Shown: in pieces, positions 27,446 to 38,151 of the stretch
Layout of the letters: the number at the start of each line of letters is the position of its first letter
Position numbering within the stretch: the first letter of the stretch is position 1
NCBI GenBank assembly: GCA_049423385.1
Contig: JBMSQQ010000016.1
Location: forward strand, 1 to 45,434
Reading direction: 5' to 3'
Source of the DNA: Silvanigrellaceae bacterium
Lineage (GTDB): Bacteria; Bdellovibrionota_B; Oligoflexia; Silvanigrellales; Silvanigrellaceae
Length of the DNA: 45,434 nucleotides
Program-made: the position numbers and the translations under genes
Notes under the pieces: generated by a model
What the model was told of the DNA's origin: nothing
Databases searched by the model: none
Seen by the model: only the letters and a program-made list of their open reading frames with translations

Positions 27446-27985
27446 TCAGTCCGGAAAAATTGCATTGACCTTGATGAGGCTCTTTTGGCTGATGTCATCG
27501 GACGTCACTGTGACAGCCACATCGCAGGCGCGGCCATCTGCGGTTTGAAGTTCGAAAGTGTACGTCCCGGAACCATGAGTACCCTCGTCGCCAAACACCA
27601 TGTCGTTGACCCAAAAAAAACTTCCGGGAGTTCGGCTGGTCGGCTGGACACGATAGACAAGCACAGAGTCGATCAGGCTGTCGTTCGGTTCGAGCCTGAT
27701 TACTGCACCTGGGCTGATTTCGTCTCCGTTGACCTGTTCTGTGCGGGTGGCCATGACGATGCAACTGAGGCTTGGTCGCTGCACGATGCTTGTGGGTGAG
27801 GCGGGTGATTTGCTTTTTGTTTGCGGAGTGTTTTGACTCTGCATCGCTTCTTCCAAAGCCGTGCGGGGTGACAGGGGAAATGGTGTCTCGGTTTCGGGAT
27901 TTTCTGCAGCACACGAGGTCATGGTGAATGCAGCAAGGCCTGCAATCGCAACAAAGTTCAATCGACTGTTCCTGAATTTGTTCAT
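27446..27985 (-). CDS. Hypothetical lipoprotein, 179 aa
   Basis: Signal peptide with lipobox-like FTMTSC; no family recognised. Confidence 0.7.
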   Translation of the reverse strand: MNKFRNSRLNFVAIAGLAAFTMTSCAAENPETETPFPLSPRTALEEAMQSQNTPQTKSKSPASPTSIVQRPSLSCIVMATRTEQVNGDEISPGAVIRLEPNDSLIDSVLVYRVQPTSRTPGSFFWVNDMVFGDEGTHGSGTYTFELQTADGRACDVAVTVTSDDISQKSLIKVNAIFPD

Positions 27986-28049
27986 TTCTTCACAACCCAC
28001 CAATATCCCTTGAAGAACGCATCGGCAGAGTTGGAGAATTATTAACACG

Positions 28050-28889
28050 TCATCGGCAGTCGAAAGATTGACCCCTTGAAATGACCTGAACTTCAAACGA
28101 CTTGTGGCTCATCCAGACGAAATTTTGGGAAAAAATCGTTTTCTGATCGTGTCCTACACAGATGTCCATGCGCGCGAGGCCACGGCCAATAAAGGCTGAG
28201 CCGGTGTCCACGACCTTGAAGGGGATGGGTTGCTTCAGCGCGAAGCGCGTTTCGATTTCGGGAATGCGGAGCACCGTTCCATAAGGCAGCGCCATTGAAT
28301 CCATCGCAACACTCACAAAATCTGCGCGGCCATTCAAATAGTCAACCAATGTGGAGAGCGGGCGTCCGCAACGATCCTTGGGTCCACCCTCCATGGCAGT
28401 ATTTTCGGTTGTATAGAGCGTTGCCAGACTTGAGTGTGTTGAGGTCACCGGCCCAAGTCCGGAGTTGCTCGAACTTTCAATGTGTGCCGAAAAAACCCAG
28501 CCTTGTGTGAAGCCACAACCCACCATCGGGCGCTTCAATTCTAATTTGGCGTGATTGCCCAGCCATTCCGGATCACGTGCCAGGTTGTGTCTTGTTCCTT
28601 TCGGGAAAAGGCATTTTTGTGAACTTTCGAGCTGTGTGGAATCGAGTCGTTCGGACTTGAAATAGGTGTCATTTGCATCTGTGATCTGCAGCCAATGTGG
28701 GGAATTGTCGGGCTTTGAATTTTCACTTCCCGGCAGAGGGGCGCTCGGGTCAACGCCGGCGCGCTCTGCACGGTTTGGCGTGACTTGATCGCCGTTGGTT
28801 TGTTGAATCACTTTCACCGGCGGTAGTTCACAAGCAAAGGCAAGAACGAGCGGCAACAACATCAAATGATGGAGGATAAGTGTCTTCAT
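28050..28889 (-). CDS. 3D-domain (MltA-like) lipoprotein, 279 aa
   Basis: Lipobox AFAC; C-terminal ATLY...MEGG, VAMD..ALPYGT.LRI, VVDTG and RMDIC (three-Asp pattern). Confidence 0.8.
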   Translation of the reverse strand: MKTLILHHLMLLPLVLAFACELPPVKVIQQTNGDQVTPNRAERAGVDPSAPLPGSENSKPDNSPHWLQITDANDTYFKSERLDSTQLESSQKCLFPKGTRHNLARDPEWLGNHAKLELKRPMVGCGFTQGWVFSAHIESSSNSGLGPVTSTHSSLATLYTTENTAMEGGPKDRCGRPLSTLVDYLNGRADFVSVAMDSMALPYGTVLRIPEIETRFALKQPIPFKVVDTGSAFIGRGLARMDICVGHDQKTIFSQNFVWMSHKSFEVQVISRGQSFDCR

Positions 28890-29157
28890 CGATGTCATCT
28901 TCTGCCTCCGGATGGGAGCCCCGCGATTCAAAACGGGACCAAAGCAAAAGATGTGCCGAAGAATTTCAGATTCCATTTCACGAGAAGTGCCTGTCAAAAC
29001 TCACGAGGATCGACCTCAGTTGGTGTTCAAGGAATCGACAGTTGTCAGCTTCAATTTCAACAGCAGATCCTTCCGTGATTCTCGGTAACTAACGAGAAGG
29101 TTCAAGTTTTTGCGAGAAAATTACGATACCGCCAAGGGAATTGTCAGGGGGTGAGCT

Positions 29158-30279
29158 GTGATCAAGTTTGGATGGGCAAGTCTGTTGTCATTGGCGATGT
29201 TGGGTTGTGGAAACCCGGAATATGTTTCCAGCACGCCGGTCGCTCCAAAACCAATTCCCGCTTCCCCTGTGGGAGAAGGAACGTCGCCGGTTAAAAATGA
29301 CGGCGATGTGAAAAGTAAAAATGGACAATCACAGACCAACACGACCACTCCGGAGAATGTTGCAGAAAACCCCTGTCTCAAGGAGAGAAAGATACTTGTT
29401 GTCGATTTGAAAAGTGGATGGTTTGCGGGTGACGGTGGTGATTTTTTCAATCGGGTCACCACGGATGTGTGTGGTGGACTTGTCAAAATTCACTATGTGC
29501 ATTTTACAATCGGTACAGTGGATTCCAACATCAATCCCGCCGAAGTTGCAAATTGCTCAGGGTCTTTTTGCACCAGTTTCAAAGACATCAGGTCTTACGA
29601 TCAGTTCTGGATCCTTTCTGGAGACGAAGCCGATTCTGCAGACGTGAGACTTTCAAGCCCATTGTTTCAGTCGATCGTGAGCCGCGCTGTCGAGCTCCGC
29701 GATGCCAACCCTAAAGCCGGGTTTTATTTTGGAGCCGGACTCGGCAACATTCATCACGCAAATGCTCTTGGCAAAGCTTTGTTTCCACAGTTGGCAGGGT
29801 CGAATACAAATCGTGACAGTGGAATTTTCACTGCCAATCCAAATGGTCGTCGAGGCGTTTTGCCTGTTCCAACGTTGCCGATGTACCTTGGTGAAAATGC
29901 ACTTTTGGTTGGAAGCGGGCTTGCGGCAGGAAGTTTTGATGCGACCTCAAGACCTTTCAAGGCTTTCGGACCATACGCATCACCAATGGCATCCCTGTTC
30001 GATTATCGAAGCGCACTTCAAAACCCATCACCGGGCATCGCAGGGAGCGATTATCTCGCCTTTGATTGTCTCACGGATCCGGTTGCTCCGGCAGGTGGTG
30101 GGTTGAACGAATCAGCGTTTAAAGTGGTTGCAACTGACCATTGTGGAAAAAGTGCCGTCGCAATCGCGAATCCAGGAGGACACCTGGTCATGGCCGACGG
30201 AAACACGGCAAGGCACTATGGCTATGCCAACGACCCAGCTGCATATTTCCATCGGGCAATTTTGTCGATGCTTCAATGA
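29158..30279 (+). CDS. Hypothetical lipoprotein, 373 aa
   Basis: GGGGG SD before GTG; lipobox MLGC; no family recognised. Confidence 0.75.
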   Translation: MIKFGWASLLSLAMLGCGNPEYVSSTPVAPKPIPASPVGEGTSPVKNDGDVKSKNGQSQTNTTTPENVAENPCLKERKILVVDLKSGWFAGDGGDFFNRVTTDVCGGLVKIHYVHFTIGTVDSNINPAEVANCSGSFCTSFKDIRSYDQFWILSGDEADSADVRLSSPLFQSIVSRAVELRDANPKAGFYFGAGLGNIHHANALGKALFPQLAGSNTNRDSGIFTANPNGRRGVLPVPTLPMYLGENALLVGSGLAAGSFDATSRPFKAFGPYASPMASLFDYRSALQNPSPGIAGSDYLAFDCLTDPVAPAGGGLNESAFKVVATDHCGKSAVAIANPGGHLVMADGNTARHYGYANDPAAYFHRAILSMLQ

Positions 30280-30300
30280 AAGAAAAACTCTGACCGGCCG

Positions 30301-30816
30301 TTACTCGCGGAATTCACTTTCGAGCTTCACCAGTGCGCTTTCGAGTTTGTCTTTTTTGCCCATGAAGGTGAGCCCATTCACGCGCAAATCCTTTGTTGGG
30401 TAGAGGCTGACAAACTCGAGAAGGGTGAATTTGTCGTCGGCAGTGCTTTGCTGGAATGCAAGCTTGACGTTCTCTTCACTGAAGCTTGCAGGGAAAATGG
30501 CATTGAGCAGCGAACGAACCTCAGCACCGGATGGTGATTCAAATGCATCAGAGGAACGTGCCGATGCGACGTGTATCACTCTGGAAAACTTTTGACGGAG
30601 TTCGGCTTGCTGCTCTTTCGGAAGTTTTCCGGAAATTGCAGGCACGTTTTCACCAGCAATAAATCTTTTCAGTTCATCCTGTGTGCATGAACCCATTTCG
30701 ATTCCAAAAACCGAGATTGCAAATCTTTCAGAGGACAGGTTTGACTGGTCGTTCGTCTTGGTTCCACAGGCTCCGAGGACCGTGAGTGCTGCAGCAAAGA
30801 TGATCGATGGCTTCAT
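30301..30816 (-). CDS. Lipoprotein with DUF1400-like domain, 171 aa
   Basis: GAGGGA SD; lipobox LGAC; SERFAI...DELKRFIAGE and KLAFQQSTADDKFTLLEFVSLYPTKDLRVN resemble DUF1400. Confidence 0.55.
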   Translation of the reverse strand: MKPSIIFAAALTVLGACGTKTNDQSNLSSERFAISVFGIEMGSCTQDELKRFIAGENVPAISGKLPKEQQAELRQKFSRVIHVASARSSDAFESPSGAEVRSLLNAIFPASFSEENVKLAFQQSTADDKFTLLEFVSLYPTKDLRVNGLTFMGKKDKLESALVKLESEFRE

Positions 30817-31051
30817 GAAAGTCCCTCGCTGTTGATTGAATCGGGCGGCCTAAACCGCGCCAGAGGCCGTGGATTAGCCGAACTCGGGGAAGCAGACAAC
30901 TGGTCTTTCGTAAGTCAACAAAAGAAATGGCCAATTTTGCTTCAATAGATGGCGCAATGACCACCCCGCTGTCAGAAAGTGAGTCCATTTTTCCGTGTCT
31001 GTCCGATTGGTTTCGAACTCACCAACGAAGGCCTTGGGCTTGTCCTTTGTT

Positions 31052-31471
31052 CTACAGCAAATGCTCGCAACTTTTCTCGAAATTGCGATAGCCTGTACTC
31101 AGCTGTTCATGAATTTTCTCCATCAAATCCCAGTCAGGTTTTGGTTTCAATGCCTGTTGCTCCAATTCCATGAGCGAGCCTGCGAGCGAGTCTATGCCCA
31201 GCGACAAAAATGATCCTCTCAATGAATGAGCAGTGCTCTTCAGTTTGTTCAAATCTTTTGTCTTTATAGCGTGCTGAATTTCAATCAGTCTCATTTCCTT
31301 TTCATCCCGGAGTGCGGTCAACATCTCCAGGAAAACGTCCAGCAAGTCCTGGGATGCGAATTTTTGCAAAGCCGAATTCATTTCGTTCCGCACTGTTCCA
31401 GAAATTGACCCGGATGATGTTCCGGAAAAATTATGAGTCTTTTCGGTTCCAGATTCTTTTTCAACGTTCAT
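31052..31471 (-). CDS. Hpt (histidine phosphotransfer) domain protein
   Basis: LKSTAHSLRGSFLSLGIDSL...LE phosphoacceptor motif. Confidence 0.88.
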   Translation of the reverse strand: MNVEKESGTEKTHNFSGTSSGSISGTVRNEMNSALQKFASQDLLDVFLEMLTALRDEKEMRLIEIQHAIKTKDLNKLKSTAHSLRGSFLSLGIDSLAGSLMELEQQALKPKPDWDLMEKIHEQLSTGYRNFEKSCEHLL

Positions 31472-31591
31472 TTTTTTTCCTTTCTTTTTTCAATTTTGGA
31501 TGAATGCCGGGGAATTCATTTTTATTAAAAATAAGGCTCTCCAGATGACATAAATTCTGTGACACTGTTGCAGAACTGAGAGGTGCAGCAA

Positions 31592-32812
31592 ATGTCATCA
31601 CGGGCCAAGGGAAAAAATCTGCTTTTGCTGGCAGTTTTCTGCAGCTTGTTTGCTGGTCGGGGCGGCTATCCTCAGCCAAAGTACCTGCCCCCTCCAAAGA
31701 GTCCGCCTGGCGACTGGATTGTTGGCGTGGATGCAGATCTTTCCTTGGCGGGTTCTTCTGCAGGACAAGCAATTTTGCGGGGTGTCCGGATTGCGGCGGA
31801 GGAAATCAATTCCTCTGGTGGAATTCTTGGAAGGAAAATTCGTGTTGAAGCAAGGGACCACGCGAGTGTCGGATTGCGCGGAATGGAAAATTTAAGAGGA
31901 CTTGCCCGTCTTGAGAATCTCGTTGGCGTCGTGGGTGGAATTCACAGCAATGTGATCTTGCAGGAGTTGAAAATCATACATGAGCAGAAGATACCATACT
32001 TGATTCCTTGGGCAGCCGCCAATGAGCTCATAGACAATGGATACTCGCCGAATTTCGTGTTTCGTTTGGGTGCGAGGGACGAAAATGTTGGTTATTTCCT
32101 GGTTTCAGAGGCAATCAAGCGGGGAAAAAGAATTGCCCTTTTGCTTGAGACCACCGTCTGGGGACGAAGCAATCACAGGACCATTTCAAAAGAGTTGGCA
32201 GCCCGGGGACTCAAGCCAGTCGTTGTTGAATGGATTGATCGCGCCGACATCGACGTCAATATTCAGATTTCAAAAATTCAAAAAATAAGCCCAGACGTTT
32301 TGATTATTGCATTGAATACGCCCGAAGGAGCTTTGGCGGTAAACACGATGGCGGCTCGATCCGCAAATTTCGATGTCATTTCTCACTGGGGTATTGCCCA
32401 GAGCAATTTTTTCGACATGTCTTCTGATGCGCTCAAGAAAATCAGGGTTGAATTTTTTCAGCCGTTTTCACTCTTTGCTCCTGGTTTCAAAAAGAGGGCC
32501 GAGCTTGCTGAAAAGATCATGCGGGAGGATAAAATAAACACTATTGGATTGATAAATTCCTTTGCCGGAATAGCCCATGCTTATGACCTGACGCGTCTGT
32601 TGGCATTGGCAGTGCAAATGGCCAAGGGTGGAGACAGGAAAAAGATAAGGTCGGCCCTGGAAAAAATAGATTCATTCGAGGCAGCAGCGTGCCCAATGAC
32701 ACCTCCATTCACTGAAAAACGTCATGAGGGCAACAATCTTGATTGTTTTACGATGGCAAAATTCTCTGCAGCCGGTGCAATAGAGGCTGTCGGTCGTGGC
32801 GTGCTCCAATGA
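31592..32812 (+). CDS. Periplasmic binding protein, LivJ/branched-chain amino acid family, 406 aa
   Basis: IVGVDADLS...G...[19 protein letters not shown]...[15 protein letters not shown] and AYD motifs. Confidence 0.88.
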   Translation: MSSRAKGKNLLLLAVFCSLFAGRGGYPQPKYLPPPKSPPGDWIVGVDADLSLAGSSAGQAILRGVRIAAEEINSSGGILGRKIRVEARDHASVGLRGMENLRGLARLENLVGVVGGIHSNVILQELKIIHEQKIPYLIPWAAANELIDNGYSPNFVFRLGARDENVGYFLVSEAIKRGKRIALLLETTVWGRSNHRTISKELAARGLKPVVVEWIDRADIDVNIQISKIQKISPDVLIIALNTPEGALAVNTMAARSANFDVISHWGIAQSNFFDMSSDALKKIRVEFFQPFSLFAPGFKKRAELAEKIMREDKINTIGLINSFAGIAHAYDLTRLLALAVQMAKGGDRKKIRSALEKIDSFEAAACPMTPPFTEKRHEGNNLDCFTMAKFSAAGAIEAVGRGVLQ

Positions 32813-34986
32813 TGGGGTCCGTGAGTTCGCGGAGAGGGCATCTCAGGCGAAAACTGATGCGAAGGTTTTCCTTCTTTGTATTGCTCTCACATCTTGTTGT
32901 GCTTCTTGTGGTTGGTGGCCGGGCGGCGGTGATTGTTGCAGAAGAGAGTAAGAAATCCCTGCGACTGCAATCCAAAATCACTTTGAGTGACCTTGAGAAC
33001 AAGTTGGAGGCTGTCGGTTTCGCTGTCAGGTCGTTGAGTGTCAACAGGCTTATTGTCAATAGTCTGAGTGATTTGGATGCCCAGAAGTTCTATCTTCCGG
33101 GACTCCTTCAGGATGCCAAAAATTCGAATGGATTTTACTACGCAGCTGTCGTTGGCTTCAATGGCCAGATTGTTTCTGCGACGGCCGAGGATTCTTTTCC
33201 AGGAATATCAGCTGAAACTCTCAAGCCTTCGCTTTTGGAGTCGAGGGATTTCATGATTTTGCTGCCTGATGGTGATTCAATTCTGATCAGCTCACCGATC
33301 AGATTGTACGGCACCGCACAGGGTGCGGTGGTGGCGGTCCTCCCGATTGCTTCGTTGCGTCAGTTTGTACTGATCGAAGATACGGACCTGCGCTTGGCTC
33401 TGGAGATGGATGGAAAAATGGTGATCGGTAATCAGGAGGTCGTTGCGTCGAATGAACTTTTCACTGACGTGCATCCTGCAACCGGTGAGTTTGTGAATCT
33501 CAGTCAGTTGAAAACTCATGTTTACATTGGGATTCCTCGTTTTCTTTTTTTCAAGCCCGTCATTCGCATTTCAATTGAAGTGCTTGCTCTTACAATCGCG
33601 GTGACGATTGTCGCCTTGATTCTTGCACGACGGTTGGGCGACAACCTGGCCGATCCGATATTGGCGCTGCGCAGAAAGGTTATTTTGCCCATGGACGAGT
33701 GGGAAGCATGCTCCCCGACGGGTACCCATGACGAGCTTGAAGACCTGGCTTCAGCATTTGATGCGGCACGCAATGACGTTCGCAAAAACAGTCTGGAATT
33801 GATTCAGGCAAAAGAAACAGCAGAGTTGGCTGTGAAGGCACGTTCGGAGTTTTTTGCACTCATCAGTCATGAAATGAGAACTCCCATGAACGGTGTGATA
33901 GGGATGTCCAATTTGCTTGCCCACACCAATTTGAATGCTGAGCAAAAAGAGTACGTCGATACCATTCGCAGCTGTGGTGATATTCTGTTGAACGTCATCA
34001 ACGACGTTCTGGATTTCGCAAAAATCGAGTCGGGAAAACTTGAATTGGAGTACAGATCGACAGACTTGCTTGCGACCATTGATTCCATTGTCAAGGTCAT
34101 CTCTCCCCTGGCCAGGCGAAAAGGAATCGAGGTGATGCTGGAAGCGGGTCAAGGTGTGCAGGGCTCGTGGGTCACCGATCCCACTCGCCTTCGTCAGGTG
34201 CTTCTCAATTTGGCCAACAATGCGGTCAAGTTCACCGAGCAAGGGCAAGTTTGGGTTTCGGTCGAAGTCTCGGAAAGCTTCGACTCATCGTCCCAGATTC
34301 AATTTTCTGTTCGGGATACTGGAATTGGTATCTCTGCAGAGAATCTTGCAAAACTGTTTCGCCCTTTTGTACAGGCTGATTCGAGCACAACTCGTCGATT
34401 TGGTGGAACCGGGTTGGGTCTTGCCATTTGTCAGAGGTTGGTTGACAGCCTGGGCGGGAAGATTTGGGCAGAAAGCATGCCGGGGCAGGGTTCAACTTTT
34501 TTTGTGCGGATGCCGATGCAGCGGATTATCTCAAAATCCAGAAATTCGGTCGTTGGAGTCCAAATTCTATCTTCAGAGTTCGCCAAATCTTATCCATTGA
34601 GGATTCTTGTGGCAGAGGACAACCTTGTGAATCAAAAACTCATCAAGGGTTTGTTGGCGAAACTTGGTTACGATGCGGTTGTTGTTTCAAATGGAAGCCT
34701 TGTGCTTTCCGAGTTGCATTCGGCATCGTTTGATTTGGTGTTGATGGATATCCAGATGCCGGAAATGGACGGCCTTGAGGCAACGCGATACATTCGAGCC
34801 AACACCAGCATCATTCAGCCTGTCATTGTGGCCATGACCGCGGGTGCTTTGACCACCGACAAAGAAGCATGCCTGAAGGTCGGAATGAACGATTACATCG
34901 CCAAACCCATTGCCATCGACAAGCTCATGTCGGTCTTGATGAAGACGGCAACAGGTTTGATCAATTGGACTTCGGGCGCAGCTTGA
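32809..34986 (+). CDS. Hybrid sensor histidine kinase (2 TM, periplasmic sensor, HAMP-like, HisKA, HATPase, REC), 725 aa
   Basis: ATGA overlap with the binding-protein gene; [33 protein letters not shown] and [14 protein letters not shown]. Confidence 0.95.
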   Translation: MMGSVSSRRGHLRRKLMRRFSFFVLLSHLVVLLVVGGRAAVIVAEESKKSLRLQSKITLSDLENKLEAVGFAVRSLSVNRLIVNSLSDLDAQKFYLPGLLQDAKNSNGFYYAAVVGFNGQIVSATAEDSFPGISAETLKPSLLESRDFMILLPDGDSILISSPIRLYGTAQGAVVAVLPIASLRQFVLIEDTDLRLALEMDGKMVIGNQEVVASNELFTDVHPATGEFVNLSQLKTHVYIGIPRFLFFKPVIRISIEVLALTIAVTIVALILARRLGDNLADPILALRRKVILPMDEWEACSPTGTHDELEDLASAFDAARNDVRKNSLELIQAKETAELAVKARSEFFALISHEMRTPMNGVIGMSNLLAHTNLNAEQKEYVDTIRSCGDILLNVINDVLDFAKIESGKLELEYRSTDLLATIDSIVKVISPLARRKGIEVMLEAGQGVQGSWVTDPTRLRQVLLNLANNAVKFTEQGQVWVSVEVSESFDSSSQIQFSVRDTGIGISAENLAKLFRPFVQADSSTTRRFGGTGLGLAICQRLVDSLGGKIWAESMPGQGSTFFVRMPMQRIISKSRNSVVGVQILSSEFAKSYPLRILVAEDNLVNQKLIKGLLAKLGYDAVVVSNGSLVLSELHSASFDLVLMDIQMPEMDGLEATRYIRANTSIIQPVIVAMTAGALTTDKEACLKVGMNDYIAKPIAIDKLMSVLMKTATGLINWTSGAA

Positions 34987-37066
34987 GGTGATTGAGTGCC
35001 CGGGCAGCAATGCTTTCCTGGGTAAACCCGAACTCTCGTGTGAGGGTGTCGGCTGGCGCTGATGCACCAAAATCCTTCATGCCAAAAACAGCACCACGAC
35101 GCCCGACAATGTCGGCCCAGCCTTGGGCAACGCCGGCTTCAACTGCGATGGCAGTGACATTCTCCGGAACCAATTTGGCCAATGCCAGAGAATTTGCTGC
35201 GAGCTTCTGGGGAGCAGGGCAACTCACCACGCGCACGTTGAGGCAAACACCTTCGCCTTCGAGTGTTTCGAGTTTTTGCTCTTGAAGCCATTGAGCCGCT
35301 TTCAAGGTGGCGGCGACTTCCGAACCGGACGAAAGCATAATGACCCGCTGTGCGTTTTGTGGAGCGTCGAAATCCTTTAATACGTAAGCTCCTGTGCGCA
35401 CGCCTTCTGCAACTGTTTCTGCAGTGCGGGGAGCCGCAAGTAGATCGTCAAGCGAAGGAACATCCTGACGGGTGAGCATCAGAGCCGTTGGAGTTGTTTG
35501 ATGTGTCATTGCCAGTTCCCAGCTCATCAGTGTTTCGCGCGCATCTGCAGGCCGCAGCACTTCGAGGTTGGGAATGACCCGCAAGCTTGCTGCGTGTTCA
35601 ATCGGCTGATGCGTAGGGCCATCTTCGCCCACGGCGTAGCTGTCGTGAGTCAACACAAAAATTGTTGGCACCTTCATGAGCGCTGCGAGGCGGATGGAAG
35701 GACGCATATAGTCGGAGAACACTGCAAATGTGGCGCAGTAGGGGCGAAAGCCTCCGTGCAGGGCCATACCGTTGCAGATGGCCGCCATGGCATGCTCACG
35801 CACACCAAAGTGGATGTTGCGCCCGGCATATTCTCCGGCCTGGACAAATGAAGCATTTGCAAGGGTGGTGTTGTTGCTGCCGGCAAGGTCTGCGCTGCCA
35901 CCCACGAGTGTGGGATTTGCATCGGCCAGTGCCGTGAGCGCTTTGCCGCTGGCAACGCGCGTCGCCATTTTGCTTCCCAGTGAATCCCACAGCGCGTCGG
36001 CCGCATCGACGTTGGGTGTGCATGATGTGTGTGCTTCCCAGCTCGCAAGTGCTGCAGGATTCTTGCTGCGCCAGTCGGAAAGCATTTTTTCACTGCGTTG
36101 TGTCCATTCGGCAAATGCTTTCAATGCATGATCGGCGAGGCATTCTTGCGCTGCACGATAAGCAGCATCTGGGACGGCAAACGGTTCCGTGCTTTCAATG
36201 CCAAGATTCTTCTTCGCGTCGATCACGTCCTCGGCAGACATCGGGTTGCCGTGGATTTTGTTTTTTCCTTCCCATTTGGGAGAACCCTTGCCGGCGATGC
36301 CCTTGCAAACAATGATTGTCGGCTTTGGCGCTGTTTTGTTTTCGGCTTGTGCGGTATCCACGGCCTTGGCAAGCTCGACAAAATTGTGCGCATCGGCCTG
36401 CAGCACACGCCAACCAAAAGCTTCAAAGCGCATGCCGACGTTCTCGGTGAATGCGATGTTGATGGTGCCGTCGATTGTAATGTTGTTGGCGTCGTAAAAT
36501 GCAATCAGCCGATCGAGTTTCAAATGCCCGGCAAGGCTGCAGGCTTCGCTGGAAATACCTTCCATCAAACAACCATCACCCATCAAAACCCAAGTCATGT
36601 GCTCCACCGGTGTGTGGCCGCTGTTGTTGACCCGGGCTGCCAGCATCCGTTCTGCGAGCGCCATGCCAACTGCATTGGCGATACCTTGTCCCAAAGGACC
36701 CGTGGTGCATTCGATGCCTGCGGTGTGACCAAACTCGGGATGGCCTGGAGTTTTGCTGCCCAGCTGACGGAAGTTTTTGATGTCCTCCAGACTCACGTCA
36801 TAACCTGCGAGGTGGAGGAGTGCATATTGCAACATCGAACCATGACCTGCAGAGAGAACAAAACGATCGCGGTTGACCCACGCGGGGTTTTTCGGAGCAT
36901 GTTGCATCGCAGCAAAGTAGAGGAAAGTGCCGATGTCTGCGCCACCCAATGGAAGTCCAACGTGTCCGGATTTTGCCTTCAGGACTGCATCCATTCCAAG
37001 ACTGCGAACCGCGGTGGCGATGGTTTTGAGGTTGTTCTCGTGACGGCGGACGCGTTCAACAAACAT
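34961..37066 (-). CDS. tkt: Transketolase
   Basis: [43 protein letters not shown] and EDGPTHQP. Confidence 0.97.
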   Translation of the reverse strand: MFVERVRRHENNLKTIATAVRSLGMDAVLKAKSGHVGLPLGGADIGTFLYFAAMQHAPKNPAWVNRDRFVLSAGHGSMLQYALLHLAGYDVSLEDIKNFRQLGSKTPGHPEFGHTAGIECTTGPLGQGIANAVGMALAERMLAARVNNSGHTPVEHMTWVLMGDGCLMEGISSEACSLAGHLKLDRLIAFYDANNITIDGTINIAFTENVGMRFEAFGWRVLQADAHNFVELAKAVDTAQAENKTAPKPTIIVCKGIAGKGSPKWEGKNKIHGNPMSAEDVIDAKKNLGIESTEPFAVPDAAYRAAQECLADHALKAFAEWTQRSEKMLSDWRSKNPAALASWEAHTSCTPNVDAADALWDSLGSKMATRVASGKALTALADANPTLVGGSADLAGSNNTTLANASFVQAGEYAGRNIHFGVREHAMAAICNGMALHGGFRPYCATFAVFSDYMRPSIRLAALMKVPTIFVLTHDSYAVGEDGPTHQPIEHAASLRVIPNLEVLRPADARETLMSWELAMTHQTTPTALMLTRQDVPSLDDLLAAPRTAETVAEGVRTGAYVLKDFDAPQNAQRVIMLSSGSEVAATLKAAQWLQEQKLETLEGEGVCLNVRVVSCPAPQKLAANSLALAKLVPENVTAIAVEAGVAQGWADIVGRRGAVFGMKDFGASAPADTLTREFGFTQESIAARALNHLKLRPKSN

Positions 37067-37084
37067 GGATGAAACTCCTGGGCA

Positions 37085-37759
37085 TTAGAGTGAAGGTGAA
37101 GGCGGAGATAAACTGACAAGTTGTTCATAAATCCGGGCTGCCGCAGTGCTGGCGAGTGAATCGACCGCGCTGTCGCTGTTTTCCATGTAGCGCAGTGCGT
37201 GCAGTCCCTGCGCATTGCTCATGGAGGCGCGCACGGTGCCATCGCCGACGATATTGTAGGCGCCGGTTGTGAGGTTGGGCATTTGCAAATTGAAAAGAAC
37301 CGCGCCGGTTTGCAGATCGATGGCTTTGGCATCAACAGACATCTGAGAAACTTCTTCTTCCGCAGAGATGTCTGGAAGATTTCCTGCGGCTGCAACGCGA
37401 CTGCAAGGAATGGCGCCACTGGCGAGGATTTCGTTGCCCTGGTCGCATTTTTCGACGCGGGTAATGCTCCGTCCAGATGCAACAATCCTGACCTCAAGTC
37501 CCCATCTGGCGGTTTCAAGGTCTGTCAGAATGAAGGACCTATCCTGGGTGACGAGTCGGCGCAAAGCAGCCATCAGTTTTGGTGCTTGTCCTGCGCGCGA
37601 CGTGTTGTCGTTGACGGGGCGAATGTACAGGGTGCGTGGCGTGTTCGAAGGCACCCGTTCAAGATTCGCCAACCTGTAAATGCAGGCCGAAGAGCCCGCG
37701 AGGCCCATGAGGAGAACAAGACACAACTGCAGACGCCGGAAATGTCGTGCGCTGTGCAT
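37085..37759 (-). CDS. LptE-like lipoprotein, 224 aa
   Basis: Signal with SAC lipobox then YRL; TLYIRPVNDNTSRAG and C-terminal LASTAAARIYEQL resemble deltaproteobacterial-type LptE. Confidence 0.6.
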   Translation of the reverse strand: MHSARHFRRLQLCLVLLMGLAGSSACIYRLANLERVPSNTPRTLYIRPVNDNTSRAGQAPKLMAALRRLVTQDRSFILTDLETARWGLEVRIVASGRSITRVEKCDQGNEILASGAIPCSRVAAAGNLPDISAEEEVSQMSVDAKAIDLQTGAVLFNLQMPNLTTGAYNIVGDGTVRASMSNAQGLHALRYMENSDSAVDSLASTAAARIYEQLVSLSPPSPSL

Positions 37760-37770
37760 TTTCGGCGTCC

Positions 37771-38034
37771 TCAGCAGGGAGAATAAATTTTGGGAAGGAG
37801 CTGACCGGCATCGTGCAGGGATTTGATGTCGGTGTAGCCGCCGAGGAATTCGTTTCCGACGTAGATCATCGGAACGGTCCGCCATCCATTGTTTTCGGAT
37901 CTGAGTTTGCTCCAGAGGTCTGGCTGATGGTCAAGAAAGACCTCTTCAAACCCAACCTGAAGATTGTTCAAAAGTGTCTTGGCGGCGACACAATAGGGGC
38001 ACGCACGTGTCGAATATACCGTAACCTTTTTCAT
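37771..38034 (-). CDS. grxC: Glutaredoxin 3
   Basis: CPYC, RTVPMIYVG and LGGYTD. Confidence 0.92.
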   Translation of the reverse strand: MKKVTVYSTRACPYCVAAKTLLNNLQVGFEEVFLDHQPDLWSKLRSENNGWRTVPMIYVGNEFLGGYTDIKSLHDAGQLLPKIYSPC

Positions 38035-38151
38035 TCCAGAGACCTCTTTGCCAAGGTTGGTTTGGCATACCAGAAGCAGCCGGGTTTGTCACTTGGCTGT
38101 TGGCAGACGCAATTTCTGGAGCTTCAGTGGCTGAAATTGCGGATGACAGGC

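Noticed and set aside
30846..30880. GGCCTAAACC resembling part of a c-di-GMP-I riboswitch
   Set aside because: The GCAAACC...GAAA...GACGCAAAG portion is absent and the match is on the strand opposite the adjacent gene.
36029..37072. 347-aa plus-strand ORF
   Set aside because: Antisense shadow of transketolase.
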